From: Selaginella moellendorffii
Lineage: Eukaryota > Plantae > Lycopodiophyta
Direction of reading: 5' to 3'
Assembly: GCF_000143415.4 (NCBI RefSeq)
Contig: NW_003314313.1
Coordinates: 709,430 to 773,429, forward strand
DNA: 64,000 nt
Below are positions 34,852 to 46,681 of this stretch, in pieces (within the stretch, counting starts at the first letter, position 1; each line of letters begins with the position of its first letter). The notes below the pieces were generated by a model. That model was not told the DNA's origin. It searched no databases and saw only the letters and a program-made list of their open reading frames with translations. The translations under genes were made by a program, and so were the position numbers.

Positions 34852-36996
34852 GTAATGGAGGGACCTTACACGAATAAGTCAGTGATTCCTCCATCTTTCT
34901 TTCAAAAGTATCATCAAGGGATTCATTCGGCACCAGTTCATCCAATATTTACTTTCCAAGCTCATTTTTATAACAAGAGGTCTCCTATTATTTTCTCCGT
35001 GTTGGTTGATACAGGTTCAAGCTTATCTTCTATTGCTCGATCTATTGCCATATGTTGCTATTTACACTTGCATTATGTAGTGGAGCCAATTTTTATTCTT
35101 TATAGCAATGGCCATACACATGCATGTGCACGAGATGAGGCAAACCTAGTTGTGCGTGCAAGTGATCTCGAGCTTGGGTTATAGTCAAGCTTTTAACCTC
35201 ATCCTTGGTATGGATTGATTGTAGTACAATAATGCCAAGTGTGACTTTGAGGCTTCTCCCCTTTGTCTTATCCTACCTTATATTTCATCTATTCCTCTCA
35301 CTTCAATACCTCTTCATCCCTCTACTTCTACCTCTGCTTCCATTACTTTTGTCCCCCCACTCCTTCGTATGTTTCCATCTTTCTTTGCTCTTCCCTTTTC
35401 AGATCCCTTCGATAATCTTTGTGTTGCAGTGGTTGACCGGCTCATGAATGAGTATTCTGATCTCTTTATTTTTGACCTATCGTTTGGGGCCAAGATTGCC
35501 ACATGTCATCCTATTCCAATCGGGGATGCGCGTCCAATCAAGGTTCTTGTTCGTCATCAGTCACCTAAAGAAATCAAGATTTTACATGTAAATATCAAGA
35601 AGATGTTAGAGAAGGGTGTTATTCAGAAGTCGTGGAGTCCTTAGGCATTTGAACCTTATCTTGTGACGAAGCCTAATGGGAGTATTTGTTTCTGCATTGA
35701 CTATCGTTTGTTAAATAAAGTGACGATCCCGGATATGTACCCTCTTCCTCACACTGCTGATCTTTTAGATCGTCTAGGGTGAATTCGTTGGTTCACCAAG
35801 CTAGATCTTGCCTTTGGGTACTGGCAAGTACCGATGGCCAAAGAAGATATTCCTAAAACTGTTTTTCATACATCGTTTGGTTTGTACGAGTTCTTGGTGA
35901 TGCCGTTTAGTTTGAACAATGCTCTAGCAACTTTCCAGCGGATGATGGACGAGGTTCTTTATGATATGCCACAATCCAAAGGCATTGTTGACTTCATTGA
36001 TGATGTCTTAATTCACTTGGAGGGGACATGGGAGGAGCATATTCATGATGTTTGTAAAGTGTTGGATCGGCTATGGGACATTGGCTTAAAATTGAAGTAG
36101 TCGAAGTGTGTGTTTGGGTCTAAGGACACAACTTACCTTGGGTACCGTATTTCTTGTGAGAGTTTGCAAGTTAATCCTGACAAACTTGTGGTTGTTTTAA
36201 AGTTCCCTACTCCAAAATGTGTGAATGATGTGTAGTGCTTCTTAGGCAAGGTACAATATCTTGGTCATTTTGTGGATCATCCTTCTGACCGCACTACATC
36301 GTTGCAAGCGTTGCTGAAGTTAGCAATGTCATCTGTCATTTGGTCTCCGGATTGTGAGTGGGCATTTGTGGATCTCAAAGGGCTGTTGATGACTCCTCTA
36401 ATTTTGGTATATCCTGACTACACTCAACCTTTTATTTTGTGTGTGGATGCTTGTGATATTAGTCTTAGAGGTGTGTTGATGCAAGGGAGCCCGAGTGTGC
36501 CTGGTCAGCATCATCCCATTGCATATATAAGTTGTATGTTACAACCAGCAGAGGTGAACTACTCCACAACAAAAAAAGAGTGTTTAGCAACAGTTTAGGA
36601 TTTCAAAAAATTTCATATATATCTACATAGTTCTCAAACGTTACTTAAAGGTGATTATGTTGCCGTTATTTCATTATTAAACCGAAAGAACCTGGTTAGT
36701 CGTACTGCTCAGTGGGCTTTGAAGCTTCAGATATATGATTTTTATGTTATTCATCGCCCTGGGAGTTCTATGGCTAATGCTGATGCCCTTTCTCGAGCTC
36801 TTCTTCTTTCTACACTCTCTTCTCATGTTTTAATGAGCTTGTTGTTCCAGCATTTGTGGATTTTTTAGATGAGGATTCTATGCCATCGGCAGTTGCTGTA
36901 CTCAATGTTTAGTGTCCGCAAGGTGTAGAGCAAGATCTACTTTCTTTTGATGAGGTTCATGAGGCTCAAAAACTTGAGCTATGGATATGAAGGCTT

Positions 36997-37427
36997 TGAG
37001 ATGAGTTTGAGAATCTGGAGAACTACAAAATCACCTCTACAATGATCTTGTGAATCCTCTCTAATCTAAACTAGATCCAAACATAAAAGGGAAAGAAATA
37101 CTTAGCCATGTGTTGTTGCAAAGATGTTGATGCTGAGATTGATGCACATCTCACAGCCTTGATCCCTAAAAGGCAATGAGCAAGATAGGCATAGAAGAGA
37201 AGAGTAGATGTTGAGCAAGTGGAGTGTATGTTATTATGGCCAAGGATATAAAAAGACAGAAAGGGGATAGGTTTGGCATGCTATCACCAGCCTATATAAC
37301 CACTACATGCCCAGTCATCCAAGTCAGGAATTTAGACCGAGAGAAATCCTAATCTCAATTTCTGACTCAGGAAATGCCTTTGTGTGAAAATCACGATGCA
37401 AAATGCATGTACTAGAATCTTACATCA
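36997..37427. mobile_element. ~430-bp insertion (solo-LTR-like) splitting the host pol between RNase H and integrase
   Basis: The host frame 'EVHEAQKLELWI.RL' resumes as 'VDDLPFRHLYSQYHLEDGLLY'. Ends are TGAGATG...CATCA; the TSD is ambiguous. Confidence 0.55.
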
Positions 37428-39345
37428 TTTGTTGATGACTTGCCATTCCGGCATTTATATTCTCAATATCATCTTGAAGATGGCCTTCTTTATTTTGTGG
37501 GGACGGATCTTAATGATCATTTACGGCTGGTGGTGCCTTCTGTCTTTATTCCGCGGTTTCTCCATGCCTACCACAATTCTTTTGTTCTAGGTAGCCATAT
37601 GGGACATCGTCGTATGACCAAGAAGCTGCACAAGTCTTTCTATTGGCCGGAAATGCAACTTGATGTTATCCTGTACATGCGTAGTTACGTTTGGTGCCAA
37701 GCTCGTAATACTCCCCCTTGTGTTGCGGAAGGACAGTTGGAGTCAATTGCAGTTTCTCATCCATTTGAGTTGGTGGTGTTTGATCTTATGGGATCTTTTC
37801 CACGATCGACTACCGGCAATGAGTATGTTATTATTGCTTCTGACTATTTGACTCGTTGGGTGGAAGTTAGTGCTCTTGCTAGTGCCTCTGCAACTGCTGT
37901 TGGATACTTCCCCTTCAATTGAGTGGTGTTCCAGCATTCTTGTCAGGAGCGGATTCTTTCGGATAATAGTCCTACATTTATGGTTGAGGCATTTCATGTT
38001 TTGACGTCTCAGTTGGGGATATATCACACTTTCATGAATGCTTATCATCCACAATCAAACGGTCTGGTAGAACGGCACATTCGAACGTTCAAAGGGATGA
38101 TCGTGAAGTATGTGAACTTTAAGCATTCGGATTGGGATGGTTGTTTGCCGTCTCTTTAGTATGCATATGTCATAAGGGTGTAAAGTTCTCTTGGTACTTC
38201 ACCATAAAAACTCCTATATGATCATGATCTAATATTACCAATGGAGTTGGGTTTACCTTTGCGATTGCCACGAGCTGCTAATTCTAGGTTATAAGATCAG
38301 TATTTGACAAGCATTCTTCCACTTGTCCGAGTAGAGTCTATTGAACACTTAGGTCACGTACAAGTGGGACAACAATGGCGTTACAACTCCCATCATCATC
38401 CATATGCGGAATACAAAATGGATGACTTGGTGTTAGTCCGTTTTCCCCATCTTACGATATGTGGTTTATCTAAAGGGCTCCTTGCTAAATGGAAAGAACC
38501 GTATCAGATGTTGTGGCAAGTTTTTATGAGGTTTGGCATGATGTCTAACAGGCCAATCCTCTAGAGATTGTGCATGTGTAGTGGTTGAAATGCTTCATAC
38601 AAAGGGATTAGGAGCAAATAATACCACATATAGATCTGCCAATGCCTCCTCCTAATGTTCCTCCAAATCCCAGCCCATCTACAAGAGAACCCTGATGGTT
38701 TTCCATTATTCCGAGAGAAGGGAATGATGTGAGGTCCAAGTGTACAGCTATGATGTTGTATATTAATATTAGTGTAATTGGATTTTGAGTTATCGAATTG
38801 GTTTCAATCTGGACCACTTACTCTTGTATATAAGCTAGAGTTTTTGGGCTAATTGATATGCATATTTTCTGTATTCCCTTTCCATATTCCAAGCACTCAC
38901 ACAATTAATTTTTAAATTCAAAAATTAAAACCAAAGCCCTCCTTTGAGCACACAATGTGCCACATCAACGAATAGGTTTGTGTAGGTCAACAGGTGGTCA
39001 ATGTGCCATGTTGGGGATCATCCAATCCATCATACACTTCCGACCTGCCACAAAAAACTAAATTCTGCTTTTCAGAAATACACAGTTTAGGCCAAGTTTT
39101 GTTAGAAACTTTAACAAGATATTTTTGAGAGGCAAATTATTTAGGACCTATTCCCACCTACCATTAAATTAGCCCAATAAACTTCCATGAGCTTAATTTA
39201 GTTGATTAATCTAGGGAAAATTACAGAAACACCCCTAAAGATATTGTATTTACAAAAAGGTTCCCAGAAGTTTGAAAATTACAAAAATGCCCCTGTGAAG
39301 TTTGTGTATTTATTAATGCCTCTGCCATGTCTCTGTCGTCAATCT

Positions 39346-42039
39346 TCACGAACGATTCGAATGCCACCTTTCCGGTCTCCACATCTCTCCACGTCCGGCA
39401 AGCAGCCAGGAGTGTCCTCCAAGTGAGCGCACTCCTTCGTCGTCCACAGCCCGGTGAAAGACATCCAGGACCTTCTCGGCGTCGCCCTGGCGGCTGTATC
39501 CAGCTGCTAGAGCGTTCCATGCTATCAGATCTCGAGTTTGAGCTGCGTCAAACGTCTGCTGTGCGTCGTTCATACTTCCGGCTTTTCCAAACACGTCCAC
39601 CATGCTGTTGGAGAGCACAATGTCTTTCTCGGCTCCATATCTGTATACTTCCCCAACAATGGCTTTAGTGACTTCCAGCGATCCCACAGAAGAGCTTCCC
39701 TTGAGCACGGGGACGAAGACTCGAGCATCTAGAGCACAGCAGGCCTGACCGAGTTTCAGTTTCATTCCCACAAAGAGCTCCAAAACTTTGTTTCCATCAC
39801 CACATTCCGCGTACCCCGACATGAGCACTGTCCACGAGACTACATCAGGGTGTGGCATGCTGTCGAAAACTCGCTGGGCGTCCACCAGACTCCCACACTT
39901 GGCATACATCTCCATCAAACTGCTGTCCAAAACGAAGTCCCAGTGTCGAAGGAGTTTGGATGCCGGGCAATGGATAGCAATCCCTTTCTCCAGTGACGAA
40001 ACTTTGACAGCCTTTCCATCCACCTGAGTGGCCTCTTCCCTTGCAGCGACGCGGATGCAAGCCTTGAGTGCTGCTGTGACAATGCTCGAAGACGTGAGCG
40101 CATGCCCCTCGCATATCATACGTTGGAACAGCTCTAGTGCCGTGTCTTCCTCTCCGCAATCGACACAGGCCAGAACCAGCGAAGTCCACGACATGACGTC
40201 GTGCGAGCACATCTGGTCGAAAACTCTTCGAGCATCCATCAGGCTTCCACTTCGCGCGTAAGCGTCGACTAAGGTGCTCGCCAAGATCACGTCCGTCTTA
40301 AAGTAGTTTCTCGAGTCTCCATGAAGAGCCAGTATTCTCTCCAAGCATTTCAGCTTGACCAGCTTTCCATCAACCTCCACGGCCCCTTCCTTGGTCGCCA
40401 AGCCGAGACAGGCCTTCGACACAGCAACTAAAGCCATAGCATCTGGAACGAGGCCACTGTTTTTCATCTGAGAAAACAAATCCAAAGCTACCTCTGCTTG
40501 GGAGTTATCCACGTATCCCAGCATGAGCACCGTCCACGACACCAGGCTGTGGCAAGGCATGCTCCTGAAAACTCTCTCAGCCTCCACCATGCTTCCACAC
40601 TTGGCATACATGTCCACGAGAGTGTTCGACAAAAACTCGTCCCTCTCGTATCCTTTCTCCGCGGCCTGGATGTGAATCGCCATCCCCTTCTCCAGAGAAT
40701 CCACTTTCACCATCTTCCCTTCAAAGCTTGTGGCTTCTTCTTTCGCTGCTAATCCAATGCAGGCCTTCAAACCTGCGACAAACGTCAAGGAATCCGCTGT
40801 AGTAGCGGACGCAAAGCTTTCCAGCGCCAGCTCTGCTTCTCCATTGTCTACGTATCCCACCAGTAGCGTGTTCCACGAGACCACATTGTGGCAAGGCATC
40901 CTGTCGAAAACTCCTCGGGCATCAGCCATGCTCCCACACTTCGCAAACATATCCACCAGAGCATTTCCCAGGAAAACATCCAGCACTCGTCTCGCTTGGC
41001 GATGGATTCCTCTCCCTTTTCCCAGAGTGCTAACTTTCACAGCCGTTCCATCCAAAGCTTCTCCCCACTTTTCTCTCCCAGCCAAATCGGAGCAAGCTTT
41101 CACTGCTGCGCCAAAGCATCGACCATCCGGCTTGATCTCTCCAGCTCCCATACTGCCAAAACCCTCGAGTGCTAGCTCACTCTCCCCGTTTGCTACGTAC
41201 CCGAGCACTAGAACAGTCCACGAGATGACACTGTGCCGGGAGCTTCTATCGAAAACCATGCGTGCTTCCACCATTCTTCCACAGTATGCGTACATTTCCA
41301 CCAGCGAGCTCGCTACGTGATCATCTTTGCCGCTTCTCTTAGCTCGAGAGTGGATTCTCATGCCTTGTTCCAGAGCTTCCAGCTTGATCATCTTCCCACC
41401 GATGAGTCTCGCTTCTTCTCTGACCGCTAGAGCAGAGCAAGCCTTGAGCGCTGCAAAGAATGTCCCGGAATCCGGTGCGCAACTTTGGCTTTCCATCCAT
41501 GAGAAGGCTTCCAGAGCACGAGATTCTTCGCCATTCTCTGCGTGTCCCAAGATGAAAGTGTTCCAGGCCACTACATTGTGGCAAGGCATCCTGTCAAACA
41601 CCCTCCTCGCCTCAACCAGGCTGCCACACCTCCCATACATGCCGATCAAGCTGCAAGAAACGTAGAGATTGGAGCAAACCCCGCTCTGGATGGCGCGATC
41701 GTGGAGCACCCTTCCCTTCTCTAAATCCTTGGAGCTCCCGCAGGATTTCAACCCCGAAAGGAGCTCCGCTGAGCACCCTGTGCTGTGACCCCGGCATTGT
41801 CCCAATCTGTGGCAGTACCTGTGGAGCGCGGGTCGAAGGAAATGCATCCATCCGTCGAGCGCCAAAAGAATCTTTGTCGAAGAACCCTGAAATTCCGAAG
41901 ATCTTCCTTTAGGGCACTTTAGGGCTCCTTCCATCCTCTTCGCAAAGTAACACGAGGAATCGCAATGTCGGGAGACAAGGCTTTGAGTCCATGGGAATTT
42001 GATGTGGCGCGTTTTAGTTTCTTTTGATATACGAACCAT
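39346..42039 (-). CDS. PLS-class pentatricopeptide repeat protein (organellar RNA-editing factor type), intronless; E domain out of frame, so possibly a pseudogene; true start uncertain
   Basis: Repeated PLS triplets (SLIGMYGRCGSLVEARRVFDRMPCHNVVAWN; ALVDMFAKCGSMADARGVFDRM). The E-domain-like 'TWRTLLAACRTWRDVETGKVAFE' lies in another frame (ORF 39221..39520). Confidence 0.85.
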   Translation of the reverse strand: MVRISKETKTRHIKFPWTQSLVSRHCDSSCYFAKRMEGALKCPKGRSSEFQGSSTKILLALDGWMHFLRPALHRYCHRLGQCRGHSTGCSAELLSGLKSCGSSKDLEKGRVLHDRAIQSGVCSNLYVSCSLIGMYGRCGSLVEARRVFDRMPCHNVVAWNTFILGHAENGEESRALEAFSWMESQSCAPDSGTFFAALKACSALAVREEARLIGGKMIKLEALEQGMRIHSRAKRSGKDDHVASSLVEMYAYCGRMVEARMVFDRSSRHSVISWTVLVLGYVANGESELALEGFGSMGAGEIKPDGRCFGAAVKACSDLAGREKWGEALDGTAVKVSTLGKGRGIHRQARRVLDVFLGNALVDMFAKCGSMADARGVFDRMPCHNVVSWNTLLVGYVDNGEAELALESFASATTADSLTFVAGLKACIGLAAKEEATSFEGKMVKVDSLEKGMAIHIQAAEKGYERDEFLSNTLVDMYAKCGSMVEAERVFRSMPCHSLVSWTVLMLGYVDNSQAEVALDLFSQMKNSGLVPDAMALVAVSKACLGLATKEGAVEVDGKLVKLKCLERILALHGDSRNYFKTDVILASTLVDAYARSGSLMDARRVFDQMCSHDVMSWTSLVLACVDCGEEDTALELFQRMICEGHALTSSSIVTAALKACIRVAAREEATQVDGKAVKVSSLEKGIAIHCPASKLLRHWDFVLDSSLMEMYAKCGSLVDAQRVFDSMPHPDVVSWTVLMSGYAECGDGNKVLELFVGMKLKLGQACCALDARVFVPVLKGSSSVGSLEVTKAIVGEVYRYGAEKDIVLSNSMVDVFGKAGSMNDAQQTFDAAQTRDLIAWNALAAGYSRQGDAEKVLDVFHRAVDDEGVRSLGGHSWLLAGRGEMWRPERWHSNRS

Positions 42040-43507
42040 TATTGAGAACTCAGTGATGTAAATGATACTATAGACTGTATTTTTTATTTCTTTTACATCG
42101 GAAAAATATCATTTTTCAAAACTGTCAGAAATTTTCTGTATGTGATCTACTGTTGTTGAGAACCAGGAACGACATCAAAAAACCTTATTGGGAATTTCTG
42201 GCAACTTCGTTTGGGCACATAGAATTTCCAAATGAAAACGATATAAACAAAAATTATATACACGATATATCATGTCTAAACGATGTAAATGATACTCTAG
42301 ACTGTATTGTTTATTTTTTTACATCGGAAAAATATTATTTTTTAAAAACAGCCAAAAATTTTCTGTGTAGTAGTCAGTTACCATTGTTCACAGCCAAGAA
42401 AGATTTAATTTTTATCAGAAAACCACTTCCAAGTTCCAAGCTTCTAACAGTCTTTTTTCTGCTCTCCGAAAGCTGAAGCCAAACACCAAGCATGAAGAAG
42501 GTGCGCGTTTGCAAACGCCAAATTATGCTCCAAACGCGTTTGTCAGCTACAAACTTAAAAAACCTAAAAAAAAGAAAAGATTCTTAAAGCATCTTTTAAA
42601 TATTCAGATATTCTATAGAATATTTTTTGCATTCACTCACCGTGACCCGGCCACGTGGCGAGATGCGGCCTTTATGCCACGTGGCTCATTTCGAATGGAG
42701 GTGGTAGTTTTGCTGCCACGTTGCCAAAGCACGGTAAGATGCACGTTTGGCTCACCAGCGCTACAAGAGCTGAGGATTGTACCAGGTTGATTACACACTG
42801 GCATGGGTGTATATTAGTGGGATTAAGCACCTGACGTGAACTTGTTTGTTTTGCTTGGAAGGTTTACGTCAATCATCTGTCAATCCCGGCGCTTACACAT
42901 TCAAACTTGATAGGCCTTGTGTGTTTAAGCCAATCATGGCCAAGTTCATGTTGGACGTCTTGCCCAGCGAATCAAGCCTCCCAACTTAAAAAGGAACTTG
43001 TGATTTCTTGTCAAGTGTTTATTTCTCTGCTGGTTTGCTGGATTTGAAGATCAGTGCTGGTCATTTTGAAAGCGGCACTGGAGCAATGCAAGATATTCGT
43101 ATCTAAGTACCTGAAGATCCCAAGCTCTCACCACAGATCTAGATGATAAGCAGCGCTGACCTGGATATATGTGCCACCTACCCGTCCATCCACATCAAAC
43201 TCACAAACACGTCTCAAAAAGTAGTCAGTACTTTTGTTGTCAAGTTATGTTTATTAGGTCTACGGAGTCCAAACTTTGGAAAATATCTAGAGAATCGAAT
43301 ATAGACGTACCCGTTAGTCATGTCGGGCATGTCGCGACTCGAGTCTGTGACATATGGTGACATATATCAGATATGCGAGCGTGGCTGTGAGCGTATATCA
43401 ATATATGTGGCGCACAGCCTTCGCTTGGGCCCAGTGTCACTATCAGGCCAGCCAAACTAGCGACTATAAAACCCACTTTGCATTCGTTTCTCTGCAGATC
43501 CAAGAAA

Positions 43508-46069
43508 ATGTTTCGTCTTGTTCTCATCACTCTTCTTCTGCTCTTCCTAGTCGCAAGAAGTGCCGAGCAGAAGGATGATCTGGTTCGAACCATCAGCAGT
43601 GGCGGGGACAAAGTGACGGTGGACTTGAAGCCCTTCTCAATCCGCAGTCCCAACTTTGGCGTGCTAGTGCAGAATGACACTGGCAGCTTTCTCTCATACG
43701 ACAACATCCCGCCTTCTCGTACGTACCTGGGTTCAGTAAGAGACCACCCCGGTGCCATGGCCACGGCCTTGCTCAAGGTCAACGGAACTCTGCTTTGTCG
43801 AATCAGCTTCGAGAACGGGGTGGAGTGGAGCAGCACCGGAGGCGAGGCCTCGGTGAGGGGAACCACGGGTTGGAACTCGAATCCCCAGTGGCCAACCAGC
43901 CTCGTTCCTGCTTCCAAATCCGACGCTGTACTCTTCGTAGCGGAAGTCGGAGTGGATGCTACTTACTTGTACTACCTTTCAACAGGTTCTAGCGTCGAGA
44001 ACACAGTGAACATGGCAGAGTTCTCCATCCTGTCTGCGAATATGCCCTTCCTCCGAGATGCTTCCATTCTTCACACGATTGGGAAAGTGGTGATCCGTGC
44101 AAGTCAGTCCCAAGATCCATATGAAAACCCCAAGACCGGAGTCCTGCTCGACAGGGTGAAGAAACAATGGAGCGGTGCCATTGCTTCTGTGGTAGGGAAC
44201 ACTCACAAGCTCTGTTTGGTTGCCCATCCTCGGGCTAACGGAGGCCTGGCATGGGTAGCAACGGCGGCTAAGCCGGTGGGATACTCGGCCATCAGCGCTA
44301 CTGCAAACGGAGATTTCACGGTCATCTGGCGGCACGAGGCTGGTCACAACTGGGGATCTAGCCACTACGAAGGTGGTGGACGGCCCGAGGGACCGACTAT
44401 CATGTCCGACAACCAGCTCTCCCGTTTCTCGTCTTCCGAGCTTGCCAAGATCCTGCGCTACAAGTCTGGTGTTCCTCGCCTTGCAAGCAACATTACGGTT
44501 GCCCGTCCACCCCGTGCGAATATGGATGCGATCGACATCCCGCAGAATTGCACCTGTTGCACTTGCTTCATGAGCCTGGACGTTCTGGCCAACGATCTGG
44601 ATGCCGACGTCAAATCACTCACGATCGCCTCGGTCCAGTCTCCTTCGGCTTTGGGTAGTGCCACTAGCATCTCAAACTCTAGCAGGAACCAGATTACTTA
44701 CACGCCGTCTTTGGCAGCAGGATTGTTCCTCGACCATCTCAAGTACACTATCCAGAATTCCCTCTTGAGAAGCTCCACAGGATATGTAACCCTCCGTCCC
44801 GCTTCTCTCCTGGGCTGGTGGAAGATGGATGAGACGAGCGGCTCGAAAGTGCAAGATTCGTCTGGGCATGCAGCGAATGGGGAACTCAAAGGAGGATCCT
44901 GGAACAACGGCAATGGGCTTTCCTTTGGAGGTGCAGGGACGGTGTCACTCGGCGCAAGTCCCTCCATCAGAGGCAAGACATCCTTCTCCATCGCCTTGTG
45001 GATATATGTTACCAGTACTTCAGAACAAGTCATCATCCAGCAAAGGAGTCCACCGAGCAGCATCACAAGTGGCTCCGACGGAGGATATCAGCTCAGTCTG
45101 TTTGAAGGCAAGCCCCGGTTCTGGGTGTTTTCGGACTCCGGAGATCAATTCAGATTCTCTGCCTCAGCTGCCATCAACGACGGTGGATGGCACCACATCG
45201 TAGCCGTTCGTGATCAGGCCGAGGGCCAGATCTACATCGATGGCAAGCTATCGGCCTCTGCTAGCGGCGACATCAAGTATTTGGATGTAACTATCCCCGT
45301 GTTCATGGGTGCTGATGCGCGCGACAACACCTCATTCCTCACGGGTTCCTTGATGGGGGCAAAGATCTACAGCCGAGCTCTAGAACAGGAAGAGATCGGG
45401 TATCTCAGCACCTGGCCAGAAGCTCTCGTGGCATGGTGGAAGCTGGATGACAAGAGTGGAGTCTCTGCAAAGGATTCGTCCTGGAACGGAGCAACCGGGA
45501 GCATCGAGGGATCAACGACGTGGAATCCCGACGGCGGACTTACCTTCGACGGCGCTGGCAAGGTGGCGCTAGGAACAAAACCCTCTCTGTCTGGCAAGAC
45601 ATCCTTCTCCATCCATGCGTGGGTGAAGGTGCCCCCAAGTGCTGGTAAAATTTCACGAGCGATCATCATCCAGCAAAGGAGCCCGCAAAGCAGCACAACA
45701 AACGGTTTCAATGGCGAATACTTGCTCTACTTGGTCCATGGCAAGCCTCACTTCTTTGTGTATGGGAATTCTGCGACTCAGTTCGACTTCTCTGCGTCTT
45801 CTGCCATCAACGACGGCGAGTGGCACCACATTGTGGCCGTGCGTGATAACGGTGTGGGGCGGATCTACATTGACGGCGAGCTGTCAGCTTCTAAAAGTGG
45901 CACTGTGGTGAGGAGCTTGGATGCATCTATCCCGGTGTTTCTGGGTTGGGATTCTCGCTCGGGCAATTCCTTCTTCACAGGTTCCTTGAAAGGTGTCAAG
46001 ATTTATAACCAGGCTGTGGCACCCAACTTTGAGGCCGAGCGTAACACCATGCTCCTGGCATCAGCATAA
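43508..46069 (+). CDS. Secreted metzincin metalloprotease with Ig-like and 2x LamG domains, 853 aa, intronless, copy 2
   Basis: Same architecture as 11191-13752, HEAGHNWGSSH at 44333-44365. I count 16 amino-acid differences from copy 1 and no indels. Confidence 0.9.
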   Translation: MFRLVLITLLLLFLVARSAEQKDDLVRTISSGGDKVTVDLKPFSIRSPNFGVLVQNDTGSFLSYDNIPPSRTYLGSVRDHPGAMATALLKVNGTLLCRISFENGVEWSSTGGEASVRGTTGWNSNPQWPTSLVPASKSDAVLFVAEVGVDATYLYYLSTGSSVENTVNMAEFSILSANMPFLRDASILHTIGKVVIRASQSQDPYENPKTGVLLDRVKKQWSGAIASVVGNTHKLCLVAHPRANGGLAWVATAAKPVGYSAISATANGDFTVIWRHEAGHNWGSSHYEGGGRPEGPTIMSDNQLSRFSSSELAKILRYKSGVPRLASNITVARPPRANMDAIDIPQNCTCCTCFMSLDVLANDLDADVKSLTIASVQSPSALGSATSISNSSRNQITYTPSLAAGLFLDHLKYTIQNSLLRSSTGYVTLRPASLLGWWKMDETSGSKVQDSSGHAANGELKGGSWNNGNGLSFGGAGTVSLGASPSIRGKTSFSIALWIYVTSTSEQVIIQQRSPPSSITSGSDGGYQLSLFEGKPRFWVFSDSGDQFRFSASAAINDGGWHHIVAVRDQAEGQIYIDGKLSASASGDIKYLDVTIPVFMGADARDNTSFLTGSLMGAKIYSRALEQEEIGYLSTWPEALVAWWKLDDKSGVSAKDSSWNGATGSIEGSTTWNPDGGLTFDGAGKVALGTKPSLSGKTSFSIHAWVKVPPSAGKISRAIIIQQRSPQSSTTNGFNGEYLLYLVHGKPHFFVYGNSATQFDFSASSAINDGEWHHIVAVRDNGVGRIYIDGELSASKSGTVVRSLDASIPVFLGWDSRSGNSFFTGSLKGVKIYNQAVAPNFEAERNTMLLASA

Positions 46070-46681
46070 ATACCATATATATGCTATGATATATTTTGAA
46101 TATATATTAAATATATTGAATATTAAATATATCTAATAAATACTATAATATTTATATTTTATCATTCCTTCCAAAGGAACAGGAATTCACCCGCAATTTC
46201 TGATGCTTTTTGCCTCAGCGAAAACACTGTAATTTACTTGTTTGAAAGTATGGGAGTGAGGATTCGACAGAATCCGAGGTCCAAGCAATGCAGGTTTAGA
46301 GATTACTTCCCAAACGGCAAACGACTACTCTAGGTAAGTCAAATTTGAATTTTGACAAAAAGAAGCAAGAAATTCACGAGCTGAATGTGATCGGTTCAAG
46401 CAGGAAGAATATCCCTCAAACAAAGTGCAATTATTTTTAAAAAATATATAAAATGTCTTCTACTTTAGGGTTTTTCAGTGAAAATGCGCTCAAGATCCGG
46501 CTGGAAGGCTTCTGCAATGAATTGGTATGTATCCGATAATCGTTGGATTCGTCCGGTTCTTTTCTGATAATTTTTCTTCGTTTTTGGTACAGTTCAAGGT
46601 GGATTGAGTGAGAGCTCAATACGAGCTCAATACATTTTTGGTACGGTTCAATGCGAGTTCCTCTTCTGTTCAATCATACAA

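Larger units (their letters stand above)
27959..38901 (+). mobile_element. Near full-length decayed Ty3/gypsy element, family A (5' LTR 27959-28122, 3' LTR 38728-38901), with nested insertions
   Basis: LTR pair, PBS TGGTGGAGATG and PPT GAGAGAAGGGAA at 38713-38724. Gag (DGPVPMEVD), protease VLVDTGSS, RT (FGLYEFLVMPF, FIDDVLI), RNase H (VDACD, NYSTTKKEC) and integrase (SHMG..KSFYWP, DYLTRWVE, AYHPQSNGLVER). Many stops. Confidence 0.92.

Noticed and set aside
33893-34877. Several 200-300 aa repetitive ORFs; also considered as a CRISPR-like array
   Set aside because: Products of a 6/12-bp minisatellite in an LTR, with no unique spacers, no cas genes and a eukaryotic context.
4530-38901. One giant LTR element (LTRs at 4530 and 38728) carrying the protease gene as cargo
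   Set aside because: No matching TSD (GTGTG vs CAATT), the LTRs are clearly diverged, and the 38728 LTR has its own 5' partner with PBS at 27959.
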